A stretch of DNA of 64,000 bases, from the NCBI GenBank assembly GCA_937894795.1, contig CALCQV010000167.1, positions 1,502 to 65,501 on the forward strand. Reading direction: 5' to 3'. This document shows, piece by piece, positions 1 through 8,867 of the stretch (position 1 is its first letter; each line of letters opens with the position of its first letter). Source of the DNA: an uncultured Bacteroidales bacterium (GTDB lineage: Bacteria > Bacteroidota > Bacteroidia > Bacteroidales > Lentimicrobiaceae). The notes under the pieces are model-generated. The model ran no database searches, had not been told where the DNA came from, and saw nothing but the letters and a program-made list of their open reading frames with translations. The position numbers and the translations under genes are program-made.

Positions 1-92
1 AGTTCACCCAACTGTATATGGAATCGCCGGAGTTCAATGAATTTATTCTTGCATTAAACGGCCTGTCGGGCAGAAAGGTAATCAGCCAATGA
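1..92 (+). CDS. 3' end of a gene truncated by the window edge, probably a PHP-domain protein
   Basis: Frame 3 reads FTQLYMESPEFNEFILALNGLSGRKVISQ* and its TGA (90-92) overlaps the next ATG (ATGA). The tail resembles PHP proteins I recall upstream of HATPase/hydrogenase clusters; the family call is inference. Confidence 0.5.
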   Translation, partial: FTQLYMESPEFNEFILALNGLSGRKVISQ

Positions 93-637
93 AAGATCTT
101 TCAATGCATATAATGGATATAGTCCAGAATTCCCTGTCAGCCAAAGCTACTATGATTACCATTGAGATCATAGAGAACATGGATGAAGATAGTTATGTAA
201 TAAATATTAAAGATGATGGTATTGGAATGTCCCGGGAATTTGTCTCAACTGTTACAGATCCCTATGTAACCACTCGTACTACTCGTAAAATTGGCCTGGG
301 CATTCCTTTACTTAAACAGAATGCGGAACGTACCGGTGGGCAATTCACCATTGACAGTGAAGAAGGCAAAGGAACTAAAGTAAAGGCAGAATTTATTTTT
401 ATGCATCCTGACCGTCTTCCCATTGGGGATATTGCAGGAACTGTTGTACTTTTATGTGCAGCAAATCCTAACGTAACCATTCATTATCATCATGTTACAA
501 ACAGTGGCGAGTACAATTTTGACACAACTGAAATATTGGAAACACTGGATGGCATATCAATCAGTGAACCGTCAGTTATTAAGTTTTTGAAAGAAATGAT
601 AAATGAGAATCTCCAGATGATTGGAATCTCTAGATAA
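89..637 (+). CDS. Stand-alone HATPase_c (histidine-kinase-like ATP-binding) protein
   Basis: N box DIVQNS, G1 box DDGIGM, G2-like GLGIP and GKGT. No HisKA or sensor domain. Confidence 0.85.
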   Translation: MKDLSMHIMDIVQNSLSAKATMITIEIIENMDEDSYVINIKDDGIGMSREFVSTVTDPYVTTRTTRKIGLGIPLLKQNAERTGGQFTIDSEEGKGTKVKAEFIFMHPDRLPIGDIAGTVVLLCAANPNVTIHYHHVTNSGEYNFDTTEILETLDGISISEPSVIKFLKEMINENLQMIGISR

Positions 638-670
638 TACTTACAAACAAACACAGATAATTAAAACATC

Positions 671-1066
671 ATGACACAAGTAAAATCACTGGCTGACCTT
701 CGCAGAATCAAGGAAAATCTGCAGGGAAAAATGAGCTTGAGGGAGAATAGCAATAACCCTGAAAGCCTCGTACAGATCAGAGTTGCAATGGCAACATGCG
801 GAATTGCTTCAGGAGCTAAACAAGTGATGGAATTCTTCATTGAAGAACTGGATAAGAGAAATATCCAGGCCGTCGTTACACAAACAGGCTGCATGGGTTA
901 CTGTTTCGCAGAACCTACAGTTGAAATAACCCTGCCGGGTCAGGCACCTGTTGTTTATGGCTATGTTGACATAAACAAAGCTGACAGTATCATTGAAAAG
1001 TACATCAAAAATGGTGAACTGGTTGATGGTATCATACCTGTTAATTATGAAACCATTCAAAAATAA
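671..1066 (+). CDS. Thioredoxin-like [2Fe-2S] ferredoxin subunit of the hydrogenase (HndB/HydD-like)
   Basis: MATCGIASGA and GCMGYCFAEP motifs; sits directly upstream of the NuoF-like gene. Confidence 0.85.
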   Translation: MTQVKSLADLRRIKENLQGKMSLRENSNNPESLVQIRVAMATCGIASGAKQVMEFFIEELDKRNIQAVVTQTGCMGYCFAEPTVEITLPGQAPVVYGYVDINKADSIIEKYIKNGELVDGIIPVNYETIQK

Positions 1067-1080
1067 GGGGAGGAACAGTG

Positions 1081-2874
1081 ATGGCAAAATATAAAATGCA
1101 TCTTCTGGTTTGCGGTGGCACTGCTTGTCATGCTTCTGAAAGCGAACGATTACTCGACACTCTGAAAACAATCATTGCCGATAAAGGCCTTGATAGTGAA
1201 GTACAGGTCATAGCAACCGGTTGCTTCGGTTTTTGTGAAAAAGGGCCTATTGTAAAGGTTATGCCCGACAATACTTTCTATACTCAGGTAACTCCTGATG
1301 ATGCCCGTGAAATCATTGAAGAACACATTATTAAAGGACGTAAAGTAAACCGCTTACTTTATCTGAATCCTGAAAGCAAAGAGCACGTTTCTGATTCAAA
1401 GCACATGGGCTTTTACAAGAAACAGCTTAGAATTGCTTTAAGAAACTGCGGTTTCATTGACCCTGAGAACATTGATGAGTATATTTCACGTGATGGATAT
1501 GAGGCACTTGCCAAGTGTTTGACTGAAATGACTCCTCAGCAGGTTATTGAGCTAATGAAGAAGTCAGGCTTAAGAGGCCGTGGCGGAGGAGGTTTCCCTA
1601 CCGGTTTAAAATGGGAGATTACCAGCAAATCAGTAAGTGACATTAAATATGTTGTTTGTAATGCCGACGAAGGAGACCCCGGTGCATTCATGGACCGCTC
1701 AATCCTGGAAGGTGACCCCCATTCAGTAATTGAAGCCATGGCTATATGCGGATATTGTATTGGTGCTTCAAATGGATTGGTTTATATCAGGGCTGAGTAT
1801 CCCTTAGCTATTGATCGTTTGAAAATTGCAATCAAACAGGCTCGTGAATACGGACTTCTTGGCAATGGAATTTTAGGTACCGGTTTCAATTTTGATATTG
1901 AACTCAGGTACGGTGCCGGCGCCTTTGTTTGCGGTGAGGAAACTGCCCTTATTCATTCAATGGAAGGTAAACGTGGTGAACCAACCATGAAACCTCCGTT
2001 CCCATCCGTTTCAGGGTATTTTGAAAAACCTACCAATGTAAATAATGTTGAAACATTTGCCAATGTTCCGGTTATCATCAATAAAGGTGCTGAATGGTAT
2101 AGCGCTATTGGTTCTGAGAAATCAAAGGGAACCAAGGTATTTGCCTTAGCAGGTAAAATCAATAACGTTGGTTTGATTGAAGTTCCAATGGGTACCACCC
2201 TACGCGAAGTTATTTATGAAATTGGCGGCGGTATCAGAAACGGCAAGAAATTTAAAGCCGTTCAAACCGGTGGCCCTTCAGGCGGATGTCTTACTGAGAA
2301 ACATCTTGACACACCTATAGATTACGACAACCTAATTGCAAGTGGCTCTATGATGGGCTCAGGTGGTATGATCGTTATGGATGAAGATGATTGTATGGTT
2401 TCTGTAGCCAAGTTCTACCTTGAGTTTACAGTTGAGGAATCATGCGGTAAATGTACTCCTTGTCGTATTGGCAACAAACGTCTGCATGAAATACTTGATA
2501 AACTCACAAAGGGTAATGGTACCATGGAAGACATTGACCGCCTGAAGAACCTGAGCAAGGTTATCAAGGACACCGCATTGTGTGGTTTAGGTCAGACTTC
2601 ACCAAATCCTGTATTATCAACTATTGATAATTTCCTTGATGAATATGTTGAGCATGTTACCGAAAAGAAATGCCGTGCAGGCCAATGTAAAGCGTTAATG
2701 CAATATACAATCATTCCTGACAATTGTGTTGGTTGTACTGCATGTGCCCGTAACTGCCCTGTTAACGCCATTTCAGGTGAACGCAAAGGTATACATACCA
2801 TCAATCAGGAAGTTTGCATCAAGTGTGGTGCCTGCCTAGAAAAATGTAAATTCAATGCTGTGGTAATTAAATAA
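1081..2874 (+). CDS. hydB: NuoF-like diaphorase subunit of an NAD-linked [FeFe]-hydrogenase (HydB/HndC)
   Basis: GLRGRGGGGFPTG, NADEGDPGAFMDR, GAFVCGEETAL, GGPSGG and ESCGKCTPCRIG motifs, an N-terminal Trx-like [2Fe-2S] domain and C-terminal 2x[4Fe-4S]. ATG 1081 chosen over GTG 1078. Confidence 0.93.
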   Translation: MAKYKMHLLVCGGTACHASESERLLDTLKTIIADKGLDSEVQVIATGCFGFCEKGPIVKVMPDNTFYTQVTPDDAREIIEEHIIKGRKVNRLLYLNPESKEHVSDSKHMGFYKKQLRIALRNCGFIDPENIDEYISRDGYEALAKCLTEMTPQQVIELMKKSGLRGRGGGGFPTGLKWEITSKSVSDIKYVVCNADEGDPGAFMDRSILEGDPHSVIEAMAICGYCIGASNGLVYIRAEYPLAIDRLKIAIKQAREYGLLGNGILGTGFNFDIELRYGAGAFVCGEETALIHSMEGKRGEPTMKPPFPSVSGYFEKPTNVNNVETFANVPVIINKGAEWYSAIGSEKSKGTKVFALAGKINNVGLIEVPMGTTLREVIYEIGGGIRNGKKFKAVQTGGPSGGCLTEKHLDTPIDYDNLIASGSMMGSGGMIVMDEDDCMVSVAKFYLEFTVEESCGKCTPCRIGNKRLHEILDKLTKGNGTMEDIDRLKNLSKVIKDTALCGLGQTSPNPVLSTIDNFLDEYVEHVTEKKCRAGQCKALMQYTIIPDNCVGCTACARNCPVNAISGERKGIHTINQEVCIKCGACLEKCKFNAVVIK

Positions 2875-2886
2875 TTTCAGACGATA

Positions 2887-4659
2887 ATGGAAACTATCAA
2901 AATAAATATTGACAATAAGATCGTTGAGGTTGAAAAAGGAACCACTATCCTTCAGGCTGCTAAAAAGTTCGGTATTCATATCCCTACTCTGTGCCACCTC
3001 CATTTGCACGATCTAAACATAGAAAATAAACCCGCCGGTTGCCGTATATGCGTTGTTGAAGTGGCAGGCAGAAAAAACCTTGCACCGGCATGCGTTACTG
3101 AATGTATGGACGGGATGGTTGTTAACACTCATAACATCAGAGTTCTGAATGCCCGTAAGACCGTGCTGGAACTTATCCTCTCTGACCACCCTACCGACTG
3201 CCTTATCTGTTCAAAGAACGGTAATTGTGAATTGCAGTCAATGGCGCAGGAATTCGGTGTTCGTGAAATACATTTTGAAGGTGAGAAATCTACCTACAGG
3301 GAAGATACATCACCGGCTATCATCCGTGATGTTGACAAATGTATCATGTGTCGCCGCTGCGAAATGATGTGTAATGAAGTACAAACAGTTGGCGTACTCT
3401 CAGCAGTAAACCGCGGATTCATGTCAGTTGTGGCTCCGGCTTTTGAAATGAATCTCGACCATAGTGTTTGTACTTATTGCGGACAGTGTGTTGCTGTTTG
3501 TCCTACCGGTGCATTAACAGAGGTTGATCATACCAATGCCGTAATCCGTGCTTTGGCAGATCCTGATAAAACGGTAATTGTACAAACTGCTCCTGCAGTA
3601 CGCGCTGCATTGGGTGAAGAATTCGGACTTGAGCCGGGCACATTGGTTACCGGTAAAATGGCTGCTGCCCTTCGCCGTTTGGGCTTCAACTATGTTTTTG
3701 ATACAGACTTTGCTGCCGACCTTACCATCATGGAAGAAGGTACTGAATTACTTGACAGGCTGAACCGTCATCTTAATGGCGATAAGAGTGTAGCTCTGCC
3801 AATCCTTACTTCATGCTGCCCGGGTTGGGTGAACTTCTTTGAACACCAGTTCCCTGAAATGCGTGACATCCCTTCAACAGCAAGAAGTCCACAGCAGATG
3901 TTCGGCGCCATAGCCAAAACATATTTCGCTGAAAAGCTTAATGTTAAACGTGAAAACCTGGTAGTGGTTTCTGTAATGCCTTGTCTGGCAAAGAAATTTG
4001 AATGCCAGAGAGATGAGTTTAAAACCAATGGTAATCCTGATGTTGACTACTCAATTTCAACCAGAGAGTTGGCTCACCTTATCAAGCAATTGAATATTAG
4101 CTTTAATGAACTTCCTGAAGAAGATTTTGATCATCCTCTTGGTGAATCAACAGGTGCAGCCGTAATATTCGGAACTACCGGTGGTGTTATTGAAGCTGCT
4201 GTAAGAACCGCTTATGAGGTACAGACAGGTAAGAAACTTCAGAAAATTGACTTCGAAGAACTTCGCGGTATGGAGTTTATACGTGAAGCAACCATTGATT
4301 TTGATGGACTGCCAATACGAATAGGCATTGCACACGGTTTAGGTAATGCCCGTAAGCTTCTGGAAGACATCAAAGCCGGCAAATCAGAATTCCATGCCAT
4401 TGAAATTATGGCTTGTCCGGGTGGTTGTATCGGTGGTGGTGGCCAGCCATTGCATCATGGCGATTCATCCATCATTAAAGCCCGCCAAAAAGCAATCTAT
4501 GCTGAAGATGCTTCTAAAACTATTCGTAAATCACACGAAAATCCCTACATTATCCAACTCTATAAGGAGTTCCTGGGTAAACCTTGTGGTGAATTGTCAC
4601 ATCACCTGCTTCATACTCATTATTTTGATAAGAGTAAGGAAATTAGTGTTGTAGAATAA
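2887..4659 (+). CDS. hydA: [FeFe]-hydrogenase catalytic subunit, group A3 (HydA/HndD)
   Basis: H-cluster motifs L1 TSCCPGW, L2 MPCLAKKFE and L3 EIMACPGGCIGGGGQP. N-terminal [2Fe-2S], His-ligated [4Fe-4S] (HPTDCLICSKNGNC) and 2x[4Fe-4S]. Confidence 0.97.
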   Translation: METIKINIDNKIVEVEKGTTILQAAKKFGIHIPTLCHLHLHDLNIENKPAGCRICVVEVAGRKNLAPACVTECMDGMVVNTHNIRVLNARKTVLELILSDHPTDCLICSKNGNCELQSMAQEFGVREIHFEGEKSTYREDTSPAIIRDVDKCIMCRRCEMMCNEVQTVGVLSAVNRGFMSVVAPAFEMNLDHSVCTYCGQCVAVCPTGALTEVDHTNAVIRALADPDKTVIVQTAPAVRAALGEEFGLEPGTLVTGKMAAALRRLGFNYVFDTDFAADLTIMEEGTELLDRLNRHLNGDKSVALPILTSCCPGWVNFFEHQFPEMRDIPSTARSPQQMFGAIAKTYFAEKLNVKRENLVVVSVMPCLAKKFECQRDEFKTNGNPDVDYSISTRELAHLIKQLNISFNELPEEDFDHPLGESTGAAVIFGTTGGVIEAAVRTAYEVQTGKKLQKIDFEELRGMEFIREATIDFDGLPIRIGIAHGLGNARKLLEDIKAGKSEFHAIEIMACPGGCIGGGGQPLHHGDSSIIKARQKAIYAEDASKTIRKSHENPYIIQLYKEFLGKPCGELSHHLLHTHYFDKSKEISVVE

Positions 4660-4694
4660 GTTTTATATTTGAAACAATTTAAAGAAATAAGATC

Positions 4695-5174
4695 ATGGCA
4701 ACTATAAAATTATCCGCAGACAAAATTGATGAACTCAAGGATGTTTGTAAATCATTCAATAATGAGAAGGGTGAATTGATCAACGTACTCCACAAAGCCC
4801 AGGGTATTTTTGGCTACCTTCCTGCCGAAGTTCAGGAAATAATAGCTAAAGAACTAAATATCTCAGTGGCTCATGTTTACGGAGTTGTGTCATTCTATTC
4901 ATTCTTTACCATGCTCCCGAAAGGTGAACACCCCATTTCAATTTGCCTGGGTACTGCCTGCTATGTCAGAGGAGCTGAGAAAATAATAGAAGAATTCAAA
5001 CGCGTTCTGAATATCGCTGTCGGCGAAACTACCAATGATGGAAAATTCTCACTTGCCTGCCTGCGTTGTGTGGGTGCTTGTGGACTTGCTCCTGTTGTAC
5101 TAGTTGGTGATAAGGTATATGGCCGTCTATCACCTGACAGTGTTAAGGACATCGTAGCTGAATATTCTAAATAA
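4695..5174 (+). CDS. hydC: NuoE-like [2Fe-2S] subunit of the hydrogenase (HydC/HndA)
   Basis: ICLGTACYVRG and CLRCVGACGLAPV motifs; GVVSFYSFF helix. Confidence 0.93.
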   Translation: MATIKLSADKIDELKDVCKSFNNEKGELINVLHKAQGIFGYLPAEVQEIIAKELNISVAHVYGVVSFYSFFTMLPKGEHPISICLGTACYVRGAEKIIEEFKRVLNIAVGETTNDGKFSLACLRCVGACGLAPVVLVGDKVYGRLSPDSVKDIVAEYSK

Positions 5175-5200
5175 ACGCAAGAACTACTAGTGTGATGTTG

Positions 5201-5240
5201 CGGAAGAGGCTGTCATTATCGACAGCCTCTTCCGGTTTTT
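5201..5240 (+). terminator. Intrinsic terminator of the hydrogenase operon, likely also serving convergent sucC
   Basis: 14-bp perfect stem CGGAAGAGGCTGTC/GACAGCCTCTTCCG with a 6-nt loop, followed by GTTTTT. Confidence 0.85.
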
Positions 5241-5297
5241 AATGGCAAACAGTAAAAAAGAATGCAACTGTATGTTCTGCCAAACTTAAACTTCTTA

Positions 5298-6491
5298 CTA
5301 TTGCTTCAATACCTCGGTAACCAGTGAAGCAGCTTCCTGCAATAATGTAGCAGAATAGACCTTTAAACCTGAGTTCTCAATCAGCACTTTTGCCTCTTCT
5401 GCATTGGTGCCTTGTAAGCGAACTATGATAGGAATATGAATGTTTCCAATGTTATTATAGGCATCCACAATACCCTGTGCTACCCGGTCGCACCTCACAA
5501 TTCCTCCGAATATATTGACCAGTATCACCTTTACATTAGAATCCTTCAGTATAATTCTGAAAGCTTGTTCCACCCTTTCAGCATTTGCCGTTCCACCAAC
5601 ATCCAGGAAATTGGCAGGCTCACCTCCTGATAATTTGATAATATCCATGGTAGCCATAGCCAGACCGGCGCCATTAACCATACAACCAACATTACCGCTC
5701 AACTTCACGTAGTTTAAATTGTAACGACCTGCTTCAACTTCTGCAGGGTCTTCTTCTGTAAGATCTCGCAAATCAGCATAATCACGGTGACGGAACAAAG
5801 CATTATCATCAAGCCTCATCTTGCAATCTGCCGCATATATCTTATCATCGGCAGCCTTAAATAGCGGATTTATCTCGATCATCGAAGCATCAATGCTCAT
5901 ATATGCCTTGTAAATATTCTTGGCAAATACAACCATCTGCTTAAAGGCTTCACCTGACAGTTTCAGATTATAGGCAATCTTACGACACTGAAAATCAAGT
6001 AATCCGGTCTTGGGATCAACCTCCTCAACGAAAATCAGATGTGGTGTCTTCTCTGCCACCGCCTCAATATCCATCCCCCCTTCGGTGGAATACATAAACA
6101 TCACTTTTCCTGATGCACGGTTAAGCAACACACTCAAATAGTATTCCCTGGTCTCATTGGGACCGGGATAATAAATATTCTGTTCTATCAGCACTTTGTT
6201 TACCAACTTCCCTTCGGCCGATGTTTGAGGTGTTATCAGCTTCATACCAATAATCTGCGATGCAAGCAAACCTACCTCATTAATAGATTTTGCAATCTTC
6301 ACACCCCCTCCTTTTCCACGGCCACCTGCATGAATCTGCGCTTTTACGGCAAAATACTCTGAGCCTGTTTCTCTGTTGATCTCTTTGGCTGCGTCAATTG
6401 CCTCCTCCGGGTTGTTTGCCACTAATCCCATTGGAACCAATACGTTGAAGGATTTAAGTATTTCCTTCGCTTGATACTCGTGTAGGTTCAT
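5298..6491 (-). CDS. sucC: Succinyl-CoA synthetase beta subunit (ADP-forming)
   Basis: MNLHEYQAK start; KAQIHAGGRGKGGG, GCMVNGAGLAMATMD and NFLDVGG motifs. Confidence 0.97.
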   Translation of the reverse strand: MNLHEYQAKEILKSFNVLVPMGLVANNPEEAIDAAKEINRETGSEYFAVKAQIHAGGRGKGGGVKIAKSINEVGLLASQIIGMKLITPQTSAEGKLVNKVLIEQNIYYPGPNETREYYLSVLLNRASGKVMFMYSTEGGMDIEAVAEKTPHLIFVEEVDPKTGLLDFQCRKIAYNLKLSGEAFKQMVVFAKNIYKAYMSIDASMIEINPLFKAADDKIYAADCKMRLDDNALFRHRDYADLRDLTEEDPAEVEAGRYNLNYVKLSGNVGCMVNGAGLAMATMDIIKLSGGEPANFLDVGGTANAERVEQAFRIILKDSNVKVILVNIFGGIVRCDRVAQGIVDAYNNIGNIHIPIIVRLQGTNAEEAKVLIENSGLKVYSATLLQEAASLVTEVLKQ

Positions 6492-6656
6492 TTTTATAAG
6501 TTTGGTTGGTAAATTTTAAATCACTCTCTAGAACAATATTCCCGGAATTCAGTTCAAAAAACTCTCATTTTTTTCCACATGTATAATGTGAAAGTTGTAA
6601 CAAATTGCATGATTCGTGTAAAGCGAATATCAACACCTATATGCATATTTGCAAAT

Positions 6657-7088
6657 ATGGAAAAATTTAATGAATTATATAACAACCAACAAAAAATTGA
6701 TGAAGCCATAAAAAGCATCCATAAAGGCTTTGCTTACCGCAGCGGTGAATTAGGTTACAGGGTGCTGACCAGGGATGACAACAGCAATGTTCTGGTTATT
6801 GTTCTGCCAGAAGGGTCAGAGTTTGAATCCACTCAAATTGACCGGTCAGTAATCCTTCAGGTTTTGGATGGCAGAATTAGATTCAAGAACAAATACCGGG
6901 ATGTTGAATTATCAGCCGGACATGACCTGACAGTAACAGAAAAGGGATACTATATTATTGACTGTCAGCAGGAATCTACCATCGTGTTGACAACTTCCAT
7001 TGAAAATGTTGAAACTGTCGCTAAATGGCATTCAAATCCTTACGGCGAAAATGTCGACTTTAGAAACCTGCAGGGGAGTAATAATTAA
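6657..7088 (+). CDS. Hypothetical protein with a degenerate cupin-like beta-barrel
   Basis: VLVIVLPEGSEF..ILQVLDGRIRF..VELSAGHDLTV follows the cupin pattern but lacks the His ligands. Start moved to ATG 6657. Confidence 0.55.
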   Translation: MEKFNELYNNQQKIDEAIKSIHKGFAYRSGELGYRVLTRDDNSNVLVIVLPEGSEFESTQIDRSVILQVLDGRIRFKNKYRDVELSAGHDLTVTEKGYYIIDCQQESTIVLTTSIENVETVAKWHSNPYGENVDFRNLQGSNN

Positions 7089-7102
7089 GGACTTGTCAGC
7101 CT

Positions 7103-7154
7103 TTCCGGTTTCTCATTCCGTTTTCTCATTCCGTTTTCGCATTCCGGTTTCTCA
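7103..7154. repeat. 13-bp tandem repeat x4 (TTCCG[G/T]TTTC[T/G]CA)
   Basis: Units start at 7103, 7116, 7129 and 7142. Confidence 0.9.
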
Positions 7155-7179
7155 TTTCAGGTATCAGACTGATAAAAAT

Positions 7180-7209
7180 AAAAATCGAGGAATTAACACC
7201 TCGATTTTT
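7180..7209. terminator. Likely bidirectional terminator between the convergent cupin-like and ECF sigma genes
   Basis: 11-bp stem AAAAATCGAGG/CCTCGATTTTT with an 8-nt loop and A/T tracts on both sides. Confidence 0.75.
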
Positions 7210-7256
7210 CATTTAGATTTTTCACTTAAAATAGTTATGATTCTTATAACAACAAA

Positions 7257-7328
7257 GGTCATTTTGAGACCACTGGAATATCTGCAATTCTATTCATGAG
7301 GCTGGTCATTTTGAGACCATTTGAATAT
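7257..7328. repeat. Two 25-bp direct repeats with period 47
   Basis: GGTCATTTTGAGACCACTGGAATAT (7257-7281) and GGTCATTTTGAGACCATTTGAATAT (7304-7328), 23/25 identical. Confidence 0.9.
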
Positions 7329-7826
7329 TTACGATTGAAACTCCTTCAATGATTCCATTAATTTTTTCCTGGTAAAGAAAATCCGGCTCTTGACAGTTCC
7401 AATGGAAAGATTCAGGTTTTCAGCTATCTCTTTATACTTATAACCGGCAGCATGCATCTCAAAAGGCATCCGTTGATCCTTTTCCAGACGTGATATACCG
7501 GCCTTTATCTCCTTGGTGGATATCTCTGATTCAGGTGATCCGAAATCTGACTTTTTGGGGATATTCAGATAATACAGATCCTCAGAGTTATCAACTATAG
7601 TGTTAGCTTTCTTGTTACGACGGTAATTATTAATAAAGGTATTCTTCATAATGGTAAAAGTCCATGCCTTTAGGTTAGTCTGATCTTCAAACTTATCACG
7701 ATGTGTTAGTGCCTTTAGGTAGGTATCCTGAATGAGGTCCTTTGCTTCTTCCTTATCATTGGTAAGGGTATAGGCAAAATAGAATAAATGATCGTGCAGA
7801 CTTATCAACTTGTTGCTGAATTCCAT
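7329..7826 (-). CDS. ECF RNA polymerase sigma-70 factor
   Basis: Region 2 AKDLIQDTYLKA..LKAWTFTIMKNTFIN and region 4 YKYKEIAENLNLSIGTVKSRIFFTRKKL. Confidence 0.95.
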   Translation of the reverse strand: MEFSNKLISLHDHLFYFAYTLTNDKEEAKDLIQDTYLKALTHRDKFEDQTNLKAWTFTIMKNTFINNYRRNKKANTIVDNSEDLYYLNIPKKSDFGSPESEISTKEIKAGISRLEKDQRMPFEMHAAGYKYKEIAENLNLSIGTVKSRIFFTRKKLMESLKEFQS

Positions 7827-8622
7827 GACTTTAATTATTAGTGTTTATAGATTAGTAAATTGGTAATCCTAGTGCTTAAACAGAATTAAATATTTACATC
7901 GCAAAAGTGGGTATGAATAGGAAAAAGTCTGTTACACGATTTTCATGAAATGTTACATCATTATTCATTTATATTTTCATTGTCATGGGAATTGTGCAGC
8001 AAGGAGATTTATATTCAATTCTCAGGAGGTCAAAATCGTTAAAAACCCTCATAAATTTATATGGCTCAGCGGGTTATAGTAAAAAATAAATGTGCTGATT
8101 TTTCTTCAGAAAAATATGCTGTATATTGCTGATTAACTGATATTTACCTATTAATATAGAACTACCGGAAAAATGGCTGACAAAAAGATTTCACAGAAGC
8201 ACTATTCTAAGGTAATGTGCTGATATTAACTTACTTAAACGACTTCAGCTTAGCGTAGTTTGATTTCTGAAAATATTCTGATGAAAAATGGTACTTACAG
8301 GCATTACATTGTGCCCGGATTGTTATTAATATATATACACAGCAATATGTGAAGTATATGAAGTTGCATGATCTACCATACTTTATCTATCTATAACATA
8401 ATGCTTTGATTACCAATGTGCGATTGATGAAAAGAAATATGACTATTATATAACAATCGGAAATTTAACAACTTACATCTTTGTAAAACATTTATGATTA
8501 AAATCAGCCAAAAATCTAAACAAACCAGTTAACCGGATGTGTGGCTCGCCTGCTTGTCCGGTGTACATATTGGTTATGGCTTCAGAAGTCTGAATGAAAT
8601 TAAAAATTTAATTCATCTAATT

Positions 8623-8823
8623 ATGAACAGCACAAATGTCAAGCAGAAAAGGGTTGTAAAAACCAACCAATCACAAGTGAAATTCAGAGTAACGGCCGAT
8701 GGCCGCGTTGTACTTCACTTTATTGATCCTACACTCCAAAAAATCAGGAAAGAGAACGAGTATAACGGAGAAACCCGGATAATGCAAAATCTCTCAAAAA
8801 CATTTTTGAGAAGTTCTTTATAA
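8623..8823 (+). CDS. Small hypothetical protein, 66 aa
   Basis: ATG 8623 in A-rich context. MNSTNVKQKRVVKTNQSQVKFRVTADGRVVLHFIDP... has protein-like composition. No family recognised. Confidence 0.4.
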   Translation: MNSTNVKQKRVVKTNQSQVKFRVTADGRVVLHFIDPTLQKIRKENEYNGETRIMQNLSKTFLRSSL

Positions 8824-8867
8824 ACACGCGGATAATTGTAATTTGATCTGTTGTAAATTATTTTAAA

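Noticed and set aside
1081-5174. NuoE/NuoF-like genes read as respiratory complex I
   Set aside because: They flank an H-cluster protein, and no membrane nuo subunits are present.
7257-7328. 25-bp repeat pair read as a mini-CRISPR
   Set aside because: Only two copies, a 22-nt spacer, no leader or cas genes, and it abuts a stop codon. Kept only as a repeat.
7930-7957. TGTTACA direct repeat read as an autoregulatory ECF promoter (TGTAAC...CGT on the minus strand)
   Set aside because: The spacing to CGT is 13 nt, shorter than the roughly 16 nt usual for ECF promoters. Mentioned only as a possible operator.
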